From: Camelus dromedarius
Lineage: Eukaryota
Direction: 5' to 3'
NCBI RefSeq assembly: GCF_036321535.1
Contig: NC_087437.1
Location: 34,164,001-34,228,000, forward strand
Length of the DNA stretch: 64,000 nucleotides
Of this stretch, positions 13,160-24,291 are shown piece after piece. The number at the start of each line of letters is the position of its first letter. The first letter of the stretch is position 1. The notes under the pieces are model-generated. The model saw only the letters and a list, made by a program, of their open reading frames with translations. It ran no database searches and was not told where the DNA came from. Made by a program: the position numbers and the translations under genes.

Positions 13160-16100
13160 CCGCACATTAAATCTCCACCTGTCTTTAGGGTTGCCTGTTT
13201 GTTATATCCATCAAGTAGTGGCCTTAAAAGTCCCCCTGCAGAAATTATACTTGAAGAAGGTATTCATAAAACACAGGCGCTTTGGCAAAAGGAAAACAAC
13301 AGTTTTCACCAGAAGCAAGTGTCACAGCGTGGTGTAGATGCTGGTTAGCACAGCCTGTTGAAATGATTTATAGTGTTTACGTAATGGAAAAACATCGTCC
13401 AGAGAAACATGTCCTAAGCAAAAGGAGAGGAGGGAGGGAGGCAAGGAGGGAGAGAGACTGTAAATGACCTGTTGTCTGATGAAAACCCTGAATTTCCTAC
13501 AAGTCAGAGATGGAGTCAAGGGCAGCGGGCACTCTGGCGCCCCCCCCCACCATGGGGAGCCGGGTGCCATGTTAACTGTTACCATAAACTGGGTTTCTCT
13601 TTATGTTTCACAGGCCAGACAAACCCTAGAATTTTACTCTTGCACTTCTGAAGAGATTGACCATGAAGATATCACCAAAGATAAAACCAGCACAGTGGAG
13701 GCCTGCTTACCACTGGAATTAGCCACGGTATAAAGGATTTTCCTCCCAAAGCTTGTAATACAGTTAAGAGCTGTGCATCAGACCTCATCTTCTTCCCAAA
13801 CTGTGCATGCTTCTGGGGTCCATCATCATGGGACTTTAACAGGTCCCACAGCAGAAGTTTGATTTGAAAAAAATAAATGTATAAAAACAGATGTGGGGGG
13901 AGGGTATAGCTCAGTGGTATAGCACGTGCTTAGCATGCACAAGGTCCTGGGTTCAATCCCCAGTACCTCCATTAATAAACAAATAAATAAACCTAATTAC
14001 CTCCCCTACCCGCCCCAAATAAATTAATTTAAAAAACAGGTGTGGTTTTCCAGAACAGTATGAATATACTTAACACTACTGACCTGTACGCTTAAAAATA
14101 GTTAAGATGGTAAATTTTATGTGTATTTTTTTACCAGGAGAAAAAAAAATACATATGTTTGAGAAGAAAAGTCAGAAAAATTTATATTAAGGGTTAATGT
14201 CTTTGATGTGTGATTTTCTTTCTCTAGAATGAGAGTTGCCTGGCTTCCAGAGAGACCTCTTTAATAACTGTAAGTAAAAACATTAAATAGGTTTCAGTTC
14301 ATATTATGAATTCATGCCATTGATATATAATTATTTCTTTCTTCTAGCATGGGAGTTGCCTGGCTTCCGGAAAGACCCCTTTTATGACGGTAAGACATAA
14401 AACTCTTTCCTCAAAAGCAATGGTGGGGGAAGGACGGGGTGGGGCATGTTTTTGGCCCATCTCAATGGTTCTATCCTCATTTTGTCATGTTACACAGACC
14501 CTGTGCCTTAGCAGCATCTATGAGGACTTGAAGATGTACCATATGGAGTTCCAGGCCATGAATGCAAAGCTTCTGATGGACCCTAAGAGGCAGATCTTTC
14601 TGGATCAGAACATGCTGGTAGCCATTGCTGAGCTGATGCAGGTAAGGCCTCTTCCCATCAGTGAGAACGCCTTCCTGCTGAGGCAGCCAGCGGGGTCCCC
14701 AATGAAGGGGTATACAATCAGCCCTTCCTGGAGTGGGGGAGGCCTGAAATGCCCCCTTCTAAAGCCAGCTCCACTTTGGGGGAGACAGACTTGAGGGCGC
14801 CCCCTAGAGAGAGGGCATTATGAGCCGGTCACATTAAGAAGAGCAGCCTCCTGTTGGTTGACCACGTGGTCTACACCAGGCTCTCAGCAAAGGTCTTCAT
14901 ACATTTCCTTATGTGGTTCCTGCAGCAACCACATGGGGTCTATACAAAGGAGGAAACCCATGCTTAGAGGGTTAGCCCCTTGTCTGAGGTCCCATAGCTT
15001 GTAAGTGGTGGAGCCAGGATTTAAACCCCCATCAAAGGAATTCCACTACCCTCCTCTAAAGTCTGTAAAATGTGGATGTGAAGGGCTGGCATGCATGTCT
15101 GCAAATACTGCTAGAGAAAATAAGCGGGGCTAGTGCCTGGGTATGAGCCATCCTGAACCAAAATGTCCATGAAATCAAAGGATGGCCTATCACCTCCACG
15201 ATGTTACTCATAGACAAGAACTCGCTTTGTAATTTTCTGAATCACAATAGCACATGATGCAAATATACCACATAGAAATAGTCACTTAAGGAAGAGCAGA
15301 GTAAGTACTATAGTGGCCAGAGCGTGGGATAAAAACCTGGTGTCAAAAATTATTGTCTAAAAAGAAATTTATTTTTATTTCATTCACTTTTTATTGTTGT
15401 TGCTCCAAATCTTGTTTGAAAGGCAGTGAACGTCATGTTAAGTATCAAAGAATGTCACCAGCTGGAGTTGTAGATGACATTTCATTTTCAGGACTGAGAG
15501 TAGAATCAGTTCTACCAGTAATCAGACAACTATGCCCAGACCATTTGCCCCTCAATTTCTTCCTCTTTAAAATGACTTTCTCCGCCCTACCTTTCTTTTA
15601 GGCTTTTTGTGAGGAACAAGCAGAAGTACTAATCATTGTGCAAATGTGGGGTCTTGCATTGTGTTATCAAAGTAAAGGGCTAAAGCTGGGAGACTTGTTG
15701 CCAGGTCACATGAATGGGTGTCTTTAGTCAACAGGTCTGATACTGACAGAGTTTCCAATCAATAGCAATCCATCACCTTCCTGTTCTAAAAAGGTCGTAG
15801 CTTCTTAATGTGACATATAAAAATTAATTAGATATCACAGCAGATGTCATCTTAACAGAATCGTTCCTTTCTAAAATGCAACTCCCACTGATGATTTTCT
15901 AAATAGCTCTAAAGGTCTTTTCAGAGCTTGCAGAAGATACATGTGCTTGGATAATGAGTATTTCTTCTCTCAGGTTCTGCCTGGCCATCTGGCTGGGAGT
16001 AGATTTGTGCTGGGTTCAGGAGATGTAATGAGGGAGTGGATTGCAGGCTCTGAGACATGTATTGGCTTCACCCACTTTTACGGATGAACGTTTTAATTTC

Positions 16101-16296
16101 GGAATACTGTCTATGTCACATGCAATATTTATCCTCCTAGGCCCTGAATGTCAGCAGTGAGACTGTGCCACAGAAACCCTCCCTGGAAGAGCCGGATTTT
16201 TATAAGACCAAAATCAAGCTCTGCATACTTCTTCATGCCTTCAGAATTCGTGCAGTGACCATCGACAGAATGATGAGCTATCTGAATTCTTCCTAG
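9918..16296 (+). CDS. IL12A: Interleukin-12 subunit alpha (p35), spliced CDS: join(9918..9933,10587..10741,13614..13727,14228..14269,14348..14389,14498..14641,16141..16296), 669 nt, 222 aa
   Basis: The spliced translation MCPPRSLFLMATLVFLIHLDHLSLARSLPTTTAGPGMFQCLSHSQNLLRAVSDTLQKARQTLEFYSCTSEEIDHEDITKDKTSTVEACLPLELATNESCLAS...KTKIKLCILLHAFRIRAVTIDRMMSYLNSS* is recognisably IL-12 p35. All introns are GT-AG and the phases are compatible. Confidence 0.98.
10587..10741 (+). CDS. IL12A: IL12A coding exon 2 (signal peptide and mature N-terminus)
   Basis: ttccag|GCCTCTTC...CAGAAG|gtgagc; LFLMATLVFLIHLDHLSLARSLP...TLQK. Confidence 0.97.
12083..12545 (-). mobile_element. MaLR (MLT1-like) solo LTR in IL12A intron 2
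   Basis: acaaactaagtggctttaaaccacacaaatgtattatcttacag..., aatcaaggtgtcagcagagctg. Confidence 0.75.
13124..13155. repeat. (TG)16 microsatellite in IL12A intron 2
   Basis: Read directly. Confidence 0.95.
13614..13727 (+). CDS. IL12A: IL12A coding exon 3
   Basis: tcacag|GCCAGA...GCCACG|gtataa; ARQTLEFYSCTSEEIDHEDITKDKTSTVEACLPLELAT. Confidence 0.97.
13895..14032 (+). mobile_element. tRNA-derived SINE in IL12A intron 3
   Basis: Consensus head, flanked by aaaaacagatgtgg / aaaaacaggtgtgg. Confidence 0.92.
14228..14269 (+). CDS. IL12A: IL12A coding exon 4 (42 nt)
   Basis: ctctag|AATGAG...ATAACT|gtaagt; NESCLASRETSLIT. Confidence 0.96.
14348..14389 (+). CDS. IL12A: IL12A coding exon 5 (42 nt)
   Basis: ttctag|CATGGG...ATGACG|gtaaga; HGSCLASGKTPFMT. 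Confidence 0.96.
14498..14641 (+). CDS. IL12A: IL12A coding exon 6
   Basis: acacag|ACCCTG...ATGCAG|gtaagg; TLCLSSIYEDLKMYHMEFQAMNAKLLMDPKRQIFLDQNMLVAIAELMQ. Confidence 0.97.
16141..16296 (+). CDS. IL12A: IL12A coding exon 7 (to stop)
   Basis: tcctag|GCCCTG...TCTTCCTAG; ALNVSSETVPQKPSLEEPDFYKTKIKLCILLHAFRIRAVTIDRMMSYLNSS*. Confidence 0.97.
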   Translation, partial: ALNVSSETVPQKPSLEEPDFYKTKIKLCILLHAFRIRAVTIDRMMSYLNSS

Positions 16297-16659
16297 AAAC
16301 TGGAGGTCTCTCCCAGCCTTAGTCATTTTTATAAAAATCGGAACCACAGAAATGCTAAAGGGTGTGGGTTAAGATCTGGGGTGGGGGTGGCTGGACCTGG
16401 TCCCACTTAGGCTGGTGCAGGAGTTCTCATGCTTGTCTACATCGGTCAGCATCCCAAATGTGAAGGGTGTGATCGTTCTACCCGCGTAATTCCTTTGACC
16501 GAATATATTTCATATTTCCTAGGGGTAAGTTTTTATGAGCAAATTTCTAAGGAGGGGAAATGTCCTCAAAGGGCATGTTTTTCTTTTTTTTCCTTTAATA
16601 GAAGAACAAGAATTTATAAGCTATTTCAGTACCCAAGTGTCTGTAGGAAAAAAACCACT

Positions 16660-16808
16660 CTAAGCATAATTTATTTTAAAATATTTATTTATATAATTTT
16701 GTGTTCATAAAAGCATGTGAACTAACTTATATTTATTTATGTCATATTTATTAAAATATTTATTGTCAAGTGGATTTGAGATATACCTTATGTTGTTCTC
16801 AAAATAAA
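16660..16808 (+). promoter_or_regulatory. IL12A: IL12A 3'UTR AU-rich elements and AATAAA polyadenylation signal (16803-16808)
   Basis: Clustered ATTTA/TTATTTAT motifs followed by AATAAA about 510 nt after the stop codon. Confidence 0.8.
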
Positions 16809-16964
16809 ACGACTGAATTAAAGTAATTCTCGTATTTTTCTAATGTGATTGGAATACTTTGAGTGTTAAAATACACGTTGTGGGAAAACTGAAAACTGAT
16901 AAAATTTGAACAGAATCACCTTGGAAAGAATGCAGCAATATCCATACCCGTTTCCTAGTTCCTT

Positions 16965-17122
16965 TTATTTTTTAATTGTAGTTTTTTTTTCTTTTTTTTT
17001 TTAATTTGGGGGGAAGATAATTAGGTTTATTTATTTACTTACTTAATGGAGATACTGGGGATTGAACCCAGGACCTTGTGCATGCTAAGCACACGCTCTG
17101 TCACTGAGCTATACCCCACCCT
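16965..17122 (-). mobile_element. tRNA-derived SINE just downstream of the IL12A polyA site
   Basis: Reverse-complement head (ggggattgaacccaggacc...ctgagctatacccc), flanked by ctagttcctt repeats. Confidence 0.9.
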
Positions 17123-17732
17123 TTTTCTAGTTCCTTCAATCTCATATTTTAAAGGGAGACTCGTAAGACTTAGACCTGCCTTAATACTGAGGCCACTGAA
17201 TGAATTATTTTTTGAAAGTTCACTTTATTATTTTTGTTCAACATCTGAATCTAAAAGTAAAATCCATAAAAATGTTTTTCCTTATTAACCACAGCCCCAT
17301 AACATACTGTGCATTAGACAAATAGTAAAATCTTCCAACTGGGAAAAACATCGTTAAGAGGCCTTCTAGTTAAATTATTCTAATTTTTGTGACCCTTTGG
17401 GCCCTCAGGGGGAAGTTGTTTCTCAATTACAATAAGAAAAACTCTATTTGCTTTAAATTGTGTAGAACTTCTGTGAACCACTTGGATAATTGCCTTGCTT
17501 TGGCTTAAGAGATGTGTTTTTAATGACCCAAATATTAAATTCCATCTTTTTAACTCTTGAAACCACATGAATTTTAAGAGTCACCTGACAGAATGCCACG
17601 TAATTTTACCGCACTGATAATCACATTCCTCCTTAATACGAAAAGGCCATAAGGAATGAACTCTTCAGACTCCTTCCCACCCCGGCTTTCCTCATGTGAC
17701 TCCTCTCCCACCAGCTCTCAGTCCTTCTGTGA

Positions 17733-17748
17733 CCTGTAGGGGGCAGTG
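17733..17748 (+). promoter_or_regulatory. Candidate CTCF site
   Basis: CCTGTAGGGGGCAGTG resembles the CTCF core CCAGCAGGGGGCAG. Confidence 0.45.
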
Positions 17749-18689
17749 CACGTGATCAGGTCCTCATCCGTGTGGAAACCCTAGTTTTTCAGTCTCACCT
17801 AACTTGATGTACAATTAGACAGAAGCTGGAACCCCTCACATTCCTCCTTTTCTTTAGGGATTCCTGCCCAAGCTTGAATGACCAGCAAGTGATTCAGACA
17901 GGAGCCTGTTGCCCTGAAGCATCAGGTTCAGGATGAGAAATGCTTGATGGCTTGATGGGGCTGGGCTGCAGAGTTGCCACCACCCCCTCCCCGTGGATGG
18001 CACTTGTCTGTTGTCTGTGCCCAACAAGGAGAGGCAAGCCGACTGTCTAGGCTGTGGGCTGGGTTGATACAAAGGAAAGCAGGTGTCACTTTGGTTCTAG
18101 AAATTACCATGACATGTGCTGCAAAAACATGACTGGCCCAAGAAACAGCTTCACAACCAATCCCTTTCTTCACTACAAGGTCAGTTTTCCATTTTTTTCT
18201 TTTCAGTCTGGGTCTGCAATTTCCAGCTTGTGTGACATGACCACCTTGTTTTGACCTCTTCCTACCTGTTTCTTCCTCTAAGAGGTAAAGATAATACTAG
18301 ACCCTGTCTCAAAGGATCAGCACAAGTTTAAATGGAACAGTCCTGCAAAGCACCAGCATTGCACTGGACACACAGAATGTACACGATAAACGTGAGCAGT
18401 TTTTGAACATTATTAGCCTTTGGGTTTGGTGACCAGGACAAATTGGTTGAAACTTCTTCGCTATTTTCTTATCTGCGAAATACAGAAAACTGTAGCCCCT
18501 ATTTCACAGTGCTGTTGTGAGGATTAAATGACAGGGCATCTAGTCAATGCTCAACAGCACTTTCTTTTAATTGTTATATTGTTTGCTTGAAGACCTCAGT
18601 GACGCCCTGTCCCTCCATGGCACTCAGCACATTGTGTGTTTTCAGCAGAGGAGGCCATCTGGTGCAAGACACGATGGCAAAAGGCAGGG

Positions 18690-19332
18690 CCCACACTCCT
18701 GGGCATATATCCAGAGGACGCTCTGAATCAAAAAGATACATGCATCCCAATGTTCACAGCCGCACTATTTACAATAGCCAAAACATGGAAGCAGCTTAAA
18801 TGTCCATTGACAGATGACTGGATAAAGAAGTTGTGGTATATTTATACACTAGAATACTACTTAGCTATAAAAAAAAGAATACAATAATGCCATTTGCAGC
18901 AACATGGATGGACTGGGGGAAACCATGGAGATTGTTATTCTAAGTGAAGTAAGCCAGAAAGAGAAAGAAAAATACCATACGATACCACTTATATGTGGAA
19001 TCTAAGGGGAAAAAAAGACATAAATGAACTTATTTACAAAACAGAAACAGACTCACAGACATAAAAAACAAACTTATTGTTACCAAGGGGAAAGGGGGTG
19101 GGAGGGGATAAATTGGGAGTTCGAGATTTGCAGATACTAACTACTATACACAAAATAGATAAACAAGTTTCTACTGTATAGCACAGGGAACTATATTCAA
19201 TATCTTGTTGTAACCTACGATGAAAAAGAATATGAAAACAAATATATGCATGTATATGTATGACTGAAGTATTGTGCTGTACACCAGAAATTGACACAAC
19301 ATTGTAAACTGACTAGACTTCAATTAAAAAAA
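18690..19332 (+). mobile_element. 5'-truncated L1 with 12-bp TSD (caaaaggcaggg at 18678-18689 and 19333-19344)
   Basis: L1 3' end text, A-tail and flanking direct repeat. Confidence 0.92.
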
Positions 19333-19851
19333 CAAAAGGCAGGGTCCTGTCTTCACAGAACAGAGAGTGGGAGCAAAGTAAGTAAGTAGTAAGACTGAGG
19401 TCCTCCTAAAAATAGCTCCCAGTGCTAGCCTACTAGAGGCATTTGATAACAAATTACTTTTTAAAAAAGGAAATAAACAGTGAAAGTATTTCCCACACCT
19501 AAGAATGACTGAATCAGAGAACTAACATGAAAAGCAGCAGACCGTTTCCACACTAAGGGCCCAGAGCTTGGGGGAAAAGGGCCAGTTCTGGGGAGTGGTC
19601 TCACCAGACATCAAAGGTGGGTATTGAACAACTCAAGAGATGCACATGGGCCTCCGACATCCTAAGGAGGAAAGAAAACATGGAAACAAAAAGGAAGAAA
19701 ACCATCTTTGTCTGAGACCAGCACGGGCAGAAGCTGGAAGTCCCCTTGGCCATTTCACCCTGGGCTATGCAGTTGTTGTCCTTGTTTGAGGACAGTTGTT
19801 CTAGCTAGCATAATTTTGGCTTCCTAATTTAAGGTAAAGCGCATTACAATA

Positions 19852-20207
19852 TTGTCATAGACTGAACGTTTGTGTTCCCCTAAAATGCATGTGTTGAATG
19901 AAGCCCTGATCCCCAGTGGGATGGTATTAGATGGGGCCTTTGGGAGGTTAGGTCCTAAGTGTAGAGCCTTCATAATGGGATTAGTGGCCTCATATAAACA
20001 GAAATTTGGCGAGATCTTCCCCCAACCCCCATGTGAGGACACAGTGACAAGGTGGCCTGCTGCAAACCAGGAAGAGAGCCCTCACCAGACACCAAACCCG
20101 CTGGCGCCCTGATCTGAGGCTTCCCAGCCTCCAGAACTGTGAGAGACCCACATCTGCTGTTTAAGCAGCCAGTCCACGGTATTTTGTTGTCACAAATGGA
20201 GCTAAGA
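19852..20207 (+). mobile_element. MaLR (MLT1A/B-like) solo LTR
   Basis: tg.catagactgaacgtttgtgttcccc...ttcccagcctccagaactgtgaga...ggtattttgtt. Confidence 0.8.
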
Positions 20208-21044
20208 ATACTGTCTTAAATGAAAGGGGAAAAAACCCAACCACAATTTTCAAACATTGAGTTGTATCAACTTTTTGGTTGCGATGTATTTGGTAAGAAT
20301 GAGTCAAAAGCTTTATTTACACACATGTACCTTTGAGTATGATATTAAAATTATGAGTGTAAATTGAGACATGAAACATCAAAGATAATACACTCACGTA
20401 ACCTGTTTTAGACGCGACAGGAGCTAATGCTTACTCCCCGCTTACCAAGGGCTGTGCATGTTTCTACAACTGTTTACCACAAATGCACAGAATCCTCCCA
20501 ACAACTCTTCCCCTTTTTATAGAGGAAACAAGAAACCGTATAAGCTTACACAATAAAGTGATAGACGACTTGAACCCAGGTGCCCTGCTTCCGGCCCGTG
20601 CACGCAACCACGGTACAATTTCGCCTCTCGTGCTAAGGTCACAGTGAGTCAAGGGTCACTTTCGTCATCACCCTGCAAACAGCATCACAGTTCTTTCTGC
20701 TCCCCCTCTCCCCCACACTCCCTTGTGAGAGCCTCAAATATAGGAAACACCATGTTGCCCGTGTACGTGTGTTCTCAGGCCCTGGCACTCAAAAGTGGTA
20801 GAGAGGGAAAGGCAAATCTTCATGGGCTCCCATGTTTCTCATTTCTTCTCCTACTCCAGGAAAAATAAGAAAGTCTTTAGTATTTAAAGATCAAATTTTC
20901 CCAATAACCAAAAAAAGTTAAAAACTATAAAATGCACATACTTGCTTGGCCAAAAACAATTACACATACTTACAACAGAGGCAAATCCAAAATTCGTAAG
21001 CCTATTTTGTTTGGTTTTTGGCTTAAAACAAAGGTTAATTTCCT

Positions 21045-21412
21045 TATTTTTTTCAATTTTTAAATTGAAGTATAGTTGATTTACAATGTTGTGTTAGTTT
21101 CAGGTGTGCAGCAAAGTGATTCAGTTATACTTTTTTTTCAGATTCTTTTCCATTATAGGTTATTACAAGGTATTAAATATAGTTCCCTGTGCTATACAGC
21201 AGGTCCCTGTTTATCTATTTTTTAAAATTTTTGTGGGGGATAGGTAATTAAAGTTCTATACTTATTTATTTTACTGGCAGCACCGGGGACTGAACCCGGA
21301 CCTCATGCACGCTAAGCATGCGCCCTACTGCTGAGCTATACCCACTCCACCTCCCATTTTACATATAGTAGTGTGTATCTGTTCATCCCAGACTCCTAAT
21401 TTATCCCTTCGC
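21045..21412 (-). mobile_element. L1 3' tail fragment containing a nested tRNA-derived SINE (~21220-21350)
   Basis: aattgaagtatagttgatttacaatgttgtgttagtttcaggtgt..., SINE head in reverse. Confidence 0.85.
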
Positions 21413-22845
21413 CTGCCTTCCCAAAGATTTATCTCTTGCTCAAGGCACATGCCCCTTGCGATCAGGTGGGGGCTCTGCAGTCACTGTCCTCTTCCGGAAG
21501 CCAGGCTCAGGGAGCACCGGCTGTCAGCTGGCTGTCCTCACTGCAGAGGGCAAGCAGCACTGCAAGGCCTCCGCAAGCCTGCCTGCTGACTTAAACAATT
21601 TGCATATTTGTGGTTTGGGATGATGTGATCCTTCAGAAGCATTGTACCATCAAAACGCACCACACTGATGAACTGGAAAGAGGTTTACTTCCCGGGGCAG
21701 ATGTCCTAGAAGAAAATTCCTGGACAGTAGCTCCAAGAGACCCAAGCAGTCGTTTCACCTGCTGGTTCCCACACTGCCCCTGACAGGAGCAGGTCAGGGG
21801 TCCAGCAGGCGCCCCGATAACCCATTAGCCCTCAGAAACCCCCGACCAGAGCAGCTCCACTGCTGAACGCTCTACCAGTGCAGGTTCCAGGTGAGATTTC
21901 CTTTCACAAAAGGCTCCCACAGTTAGGGCAAAAACTGAACTCTCCCGAGGCCCCACGGAACTTAAGTTTTTACAAGTAAAAAAACCATCTGTTAGACTTC
22001 CCAATTTGCTATAAAGGCAAAGATCACCTCCCCTCTTCTAAAGATCAAACTACGAATGACATCATGATTGGAATAAACTGGATCTAAATGCACTGGCGGC
22101 TCCAGGCTGGCCCTCCCCGTCAGAAAGCAGGAAGAAGGCTGCACTCAGAATTCAACCCCAGGGCCTCTGTTTTCATATCAGGAGCCACAGGGTGATTGTC
22201 AGAAATGCTCAAATCCTGGTACGTGGGCTGGAAAAGGCGCAATCCCAGCAGTGAGTCCCGGGATACCCGGGGGGGGATCCCACCCATCAGCAAGCACTGC
22301 ACTGCTTCTCCCCAGAAGGGACTTCCAGCAACGGTGACAGCCTGGGCCGACTGCTGAAAACCACTGTCCTCATGAGGACACACTTGCAAATCAGCAAATA
22401 GTGTGGCCTCTTCATAAAAAGGAGTGAAAACACACTTCCACATGACAAAGCAGGGGAGAAAGCTCGTCCCCCAAAGCATTTCAAAACAGTAACAAAATGT
22501 GTCCCAAACGTGCAGGAAAATCCCGCTACGGAGATGCTTTGGGGAAGGAACTAATACGAATCCATCTGGTTTTAAATAAAAACGTACCTTCCCATAACCA
22601 GCAGGAGGAAAGTCTAAATCGTTCCTAGAGCGAGAAGGGTTCCCCTGTGTCTGTGCCAACTCCCGGGTTAGTCTGCCCGGGTTTACATGCACTCGGCCTC
22701 AGTCCAAGAACCAGAGGACTGGGAGCAAAACTAACTCACGCCCAGACAGCCAAGGTAAGAGCAATCAAAGGATATGATGCTTTAAAAGTAATTTGTAAGT
22801 AAATAATAATAAAAAGAAATCACATGAGCACTGTACAGATGCGGA

Positions 22846-22851
22846 TTTATT
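22846..22851 (-). promoter_or_regulatory. Candidate polyadenylation signal (AATAAA) of the FIIND-DD gene, implying a 3'UTR of about 1.4 kb
   Basis: TTTATT on the + strand, followed on the - strand by a U-rich downstream tract. Confidence 0.55.
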
Positions 22852-24271
22852 GTTCTTCCCTTTACCTACAGTAGGAAAAAGGTTGAAAATTGTTAGGAAC
22901 CCAGCTTATATCAAAGCACCTCTGAAACTATGCTTTTCTTTGGGAAACAACTTATAAAAAATAATAAACATTTAAAAAATTCAAAGTCCTTTAAGTATTT
23001 TACACTTCTGAGTGTTAAAAGTCTGTTTCCTAAAATATAGAACTATTAAAAAAAAAAAACTCATGAAGTGACACTGATTTGAATTCCACAGTATCCCTGA
23101 CAATTAGAAATACATTCTTCCCTATAAAGTGAATTTGTTCTTCACAGGCGAAGCTATAAAGTACATTTCTCTGATTAATTCATTGAGATTTCATTTACTC
23201 TCCAGCTAATGTCTACAGAAGACTAATGGTAATTTATAGTTTCCTCAAATAAGTTAACAAAACATAGCCAAGATGTTAATCACCACATGCATGATTCTGG
23301 GAGAGTGACAATGTCTATATATACACAAAAAAAGAAATTTTACCCATTAACAAGAGCCAATGTGGCCCATTATTCCCTGGGACAAGTCCTCTTTGAGAAG
23401 AGATGACAGTTTTCCCTTGGTCCCGGCTAAGGCTCTTTCTGAATGGCATTTCCACACCCCCACCCTCCCCAAAATAAATGATCCAGGGTCAAAGTCAAAA
23501 AATGCAGTGTCCAGCCCGGTGATTTCAGAGGCTGATGAAACTTGCAGGGACTCTGATGATGGATCCAGAACTTCCCCAGTGAGATGAGGCCATCACTTCT
23601 GAGCGTTTGCACCAACATTGATGGGGAGAGGATTACACTCCTTTCTAATCACTCTAGGACTCGGTAACGTGATTGGTTTCATGGTTTAACAGACCACTAG
23701 CGAGACTGGTTAGTACTGTGAGATACAGAAATCACATCCCACATAAAAAGACATATTGCACCAGCAGCACGTGAATGTCTGTCTGCGTGGGCGCCAGAAG
23801 CACAGGAACCTCTCTCGTTATTATGTCGTTATGAAAAAAGCTAAACTAAATTGGTGCAATTTAAGTACTCCACTACTTAATTGCTAAAAACATTTCAAAC
23901 ACTTGATATGAGTTTCATAGTTCACGGACTACAAAAGGAAAATTACCACATTTCTCACCTGACTGAGTTGAGTCATTTTAAGCACCCTTTATGGGTGGGG
24001 AAGCCAGGTGGGATGTGTGAACAGGAGGTGCAAAAAAAACCCCAAAAAACCCTTGATATTATAGAGGTTTTTTTCTTTCTTCAGGTTTCAAAATATTCCA
24101 CATTCCCTTTGCCCCTGAATAATGTGAGCTGAGGGCGGCTGCCTGTGAAAGGAGCTACTCCCACAGGCTGTGAAGTTCCAGGTCCCATCAACTCTACACC
24201 CAATTACCACAGAAATGGTCTTTGCAGTTGAAAGTTCCAGAGGTTTCCTTCTCCAGCTCGTCTTCCAAACT

Positions 24272-24291
24272 TCACGTTTCCTGCAAGAAAC
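24272..24291 (-). CDS. FIIND-DD gene terminal exon coding part (GFLQET*)
   Basis: tttctctgttttgttag|GTTTCTTGCAGGAAACGTGA; strong acceptor, phase 1, completes the last DD helix. Confidence 0.75.

Noticed and set aside
22120..22692. 190-aa minus-strand ORF downstream of the FIIND-DD gene
   Set aside because: No recognisable homology, and it lies beyond the candidate polyA signal.
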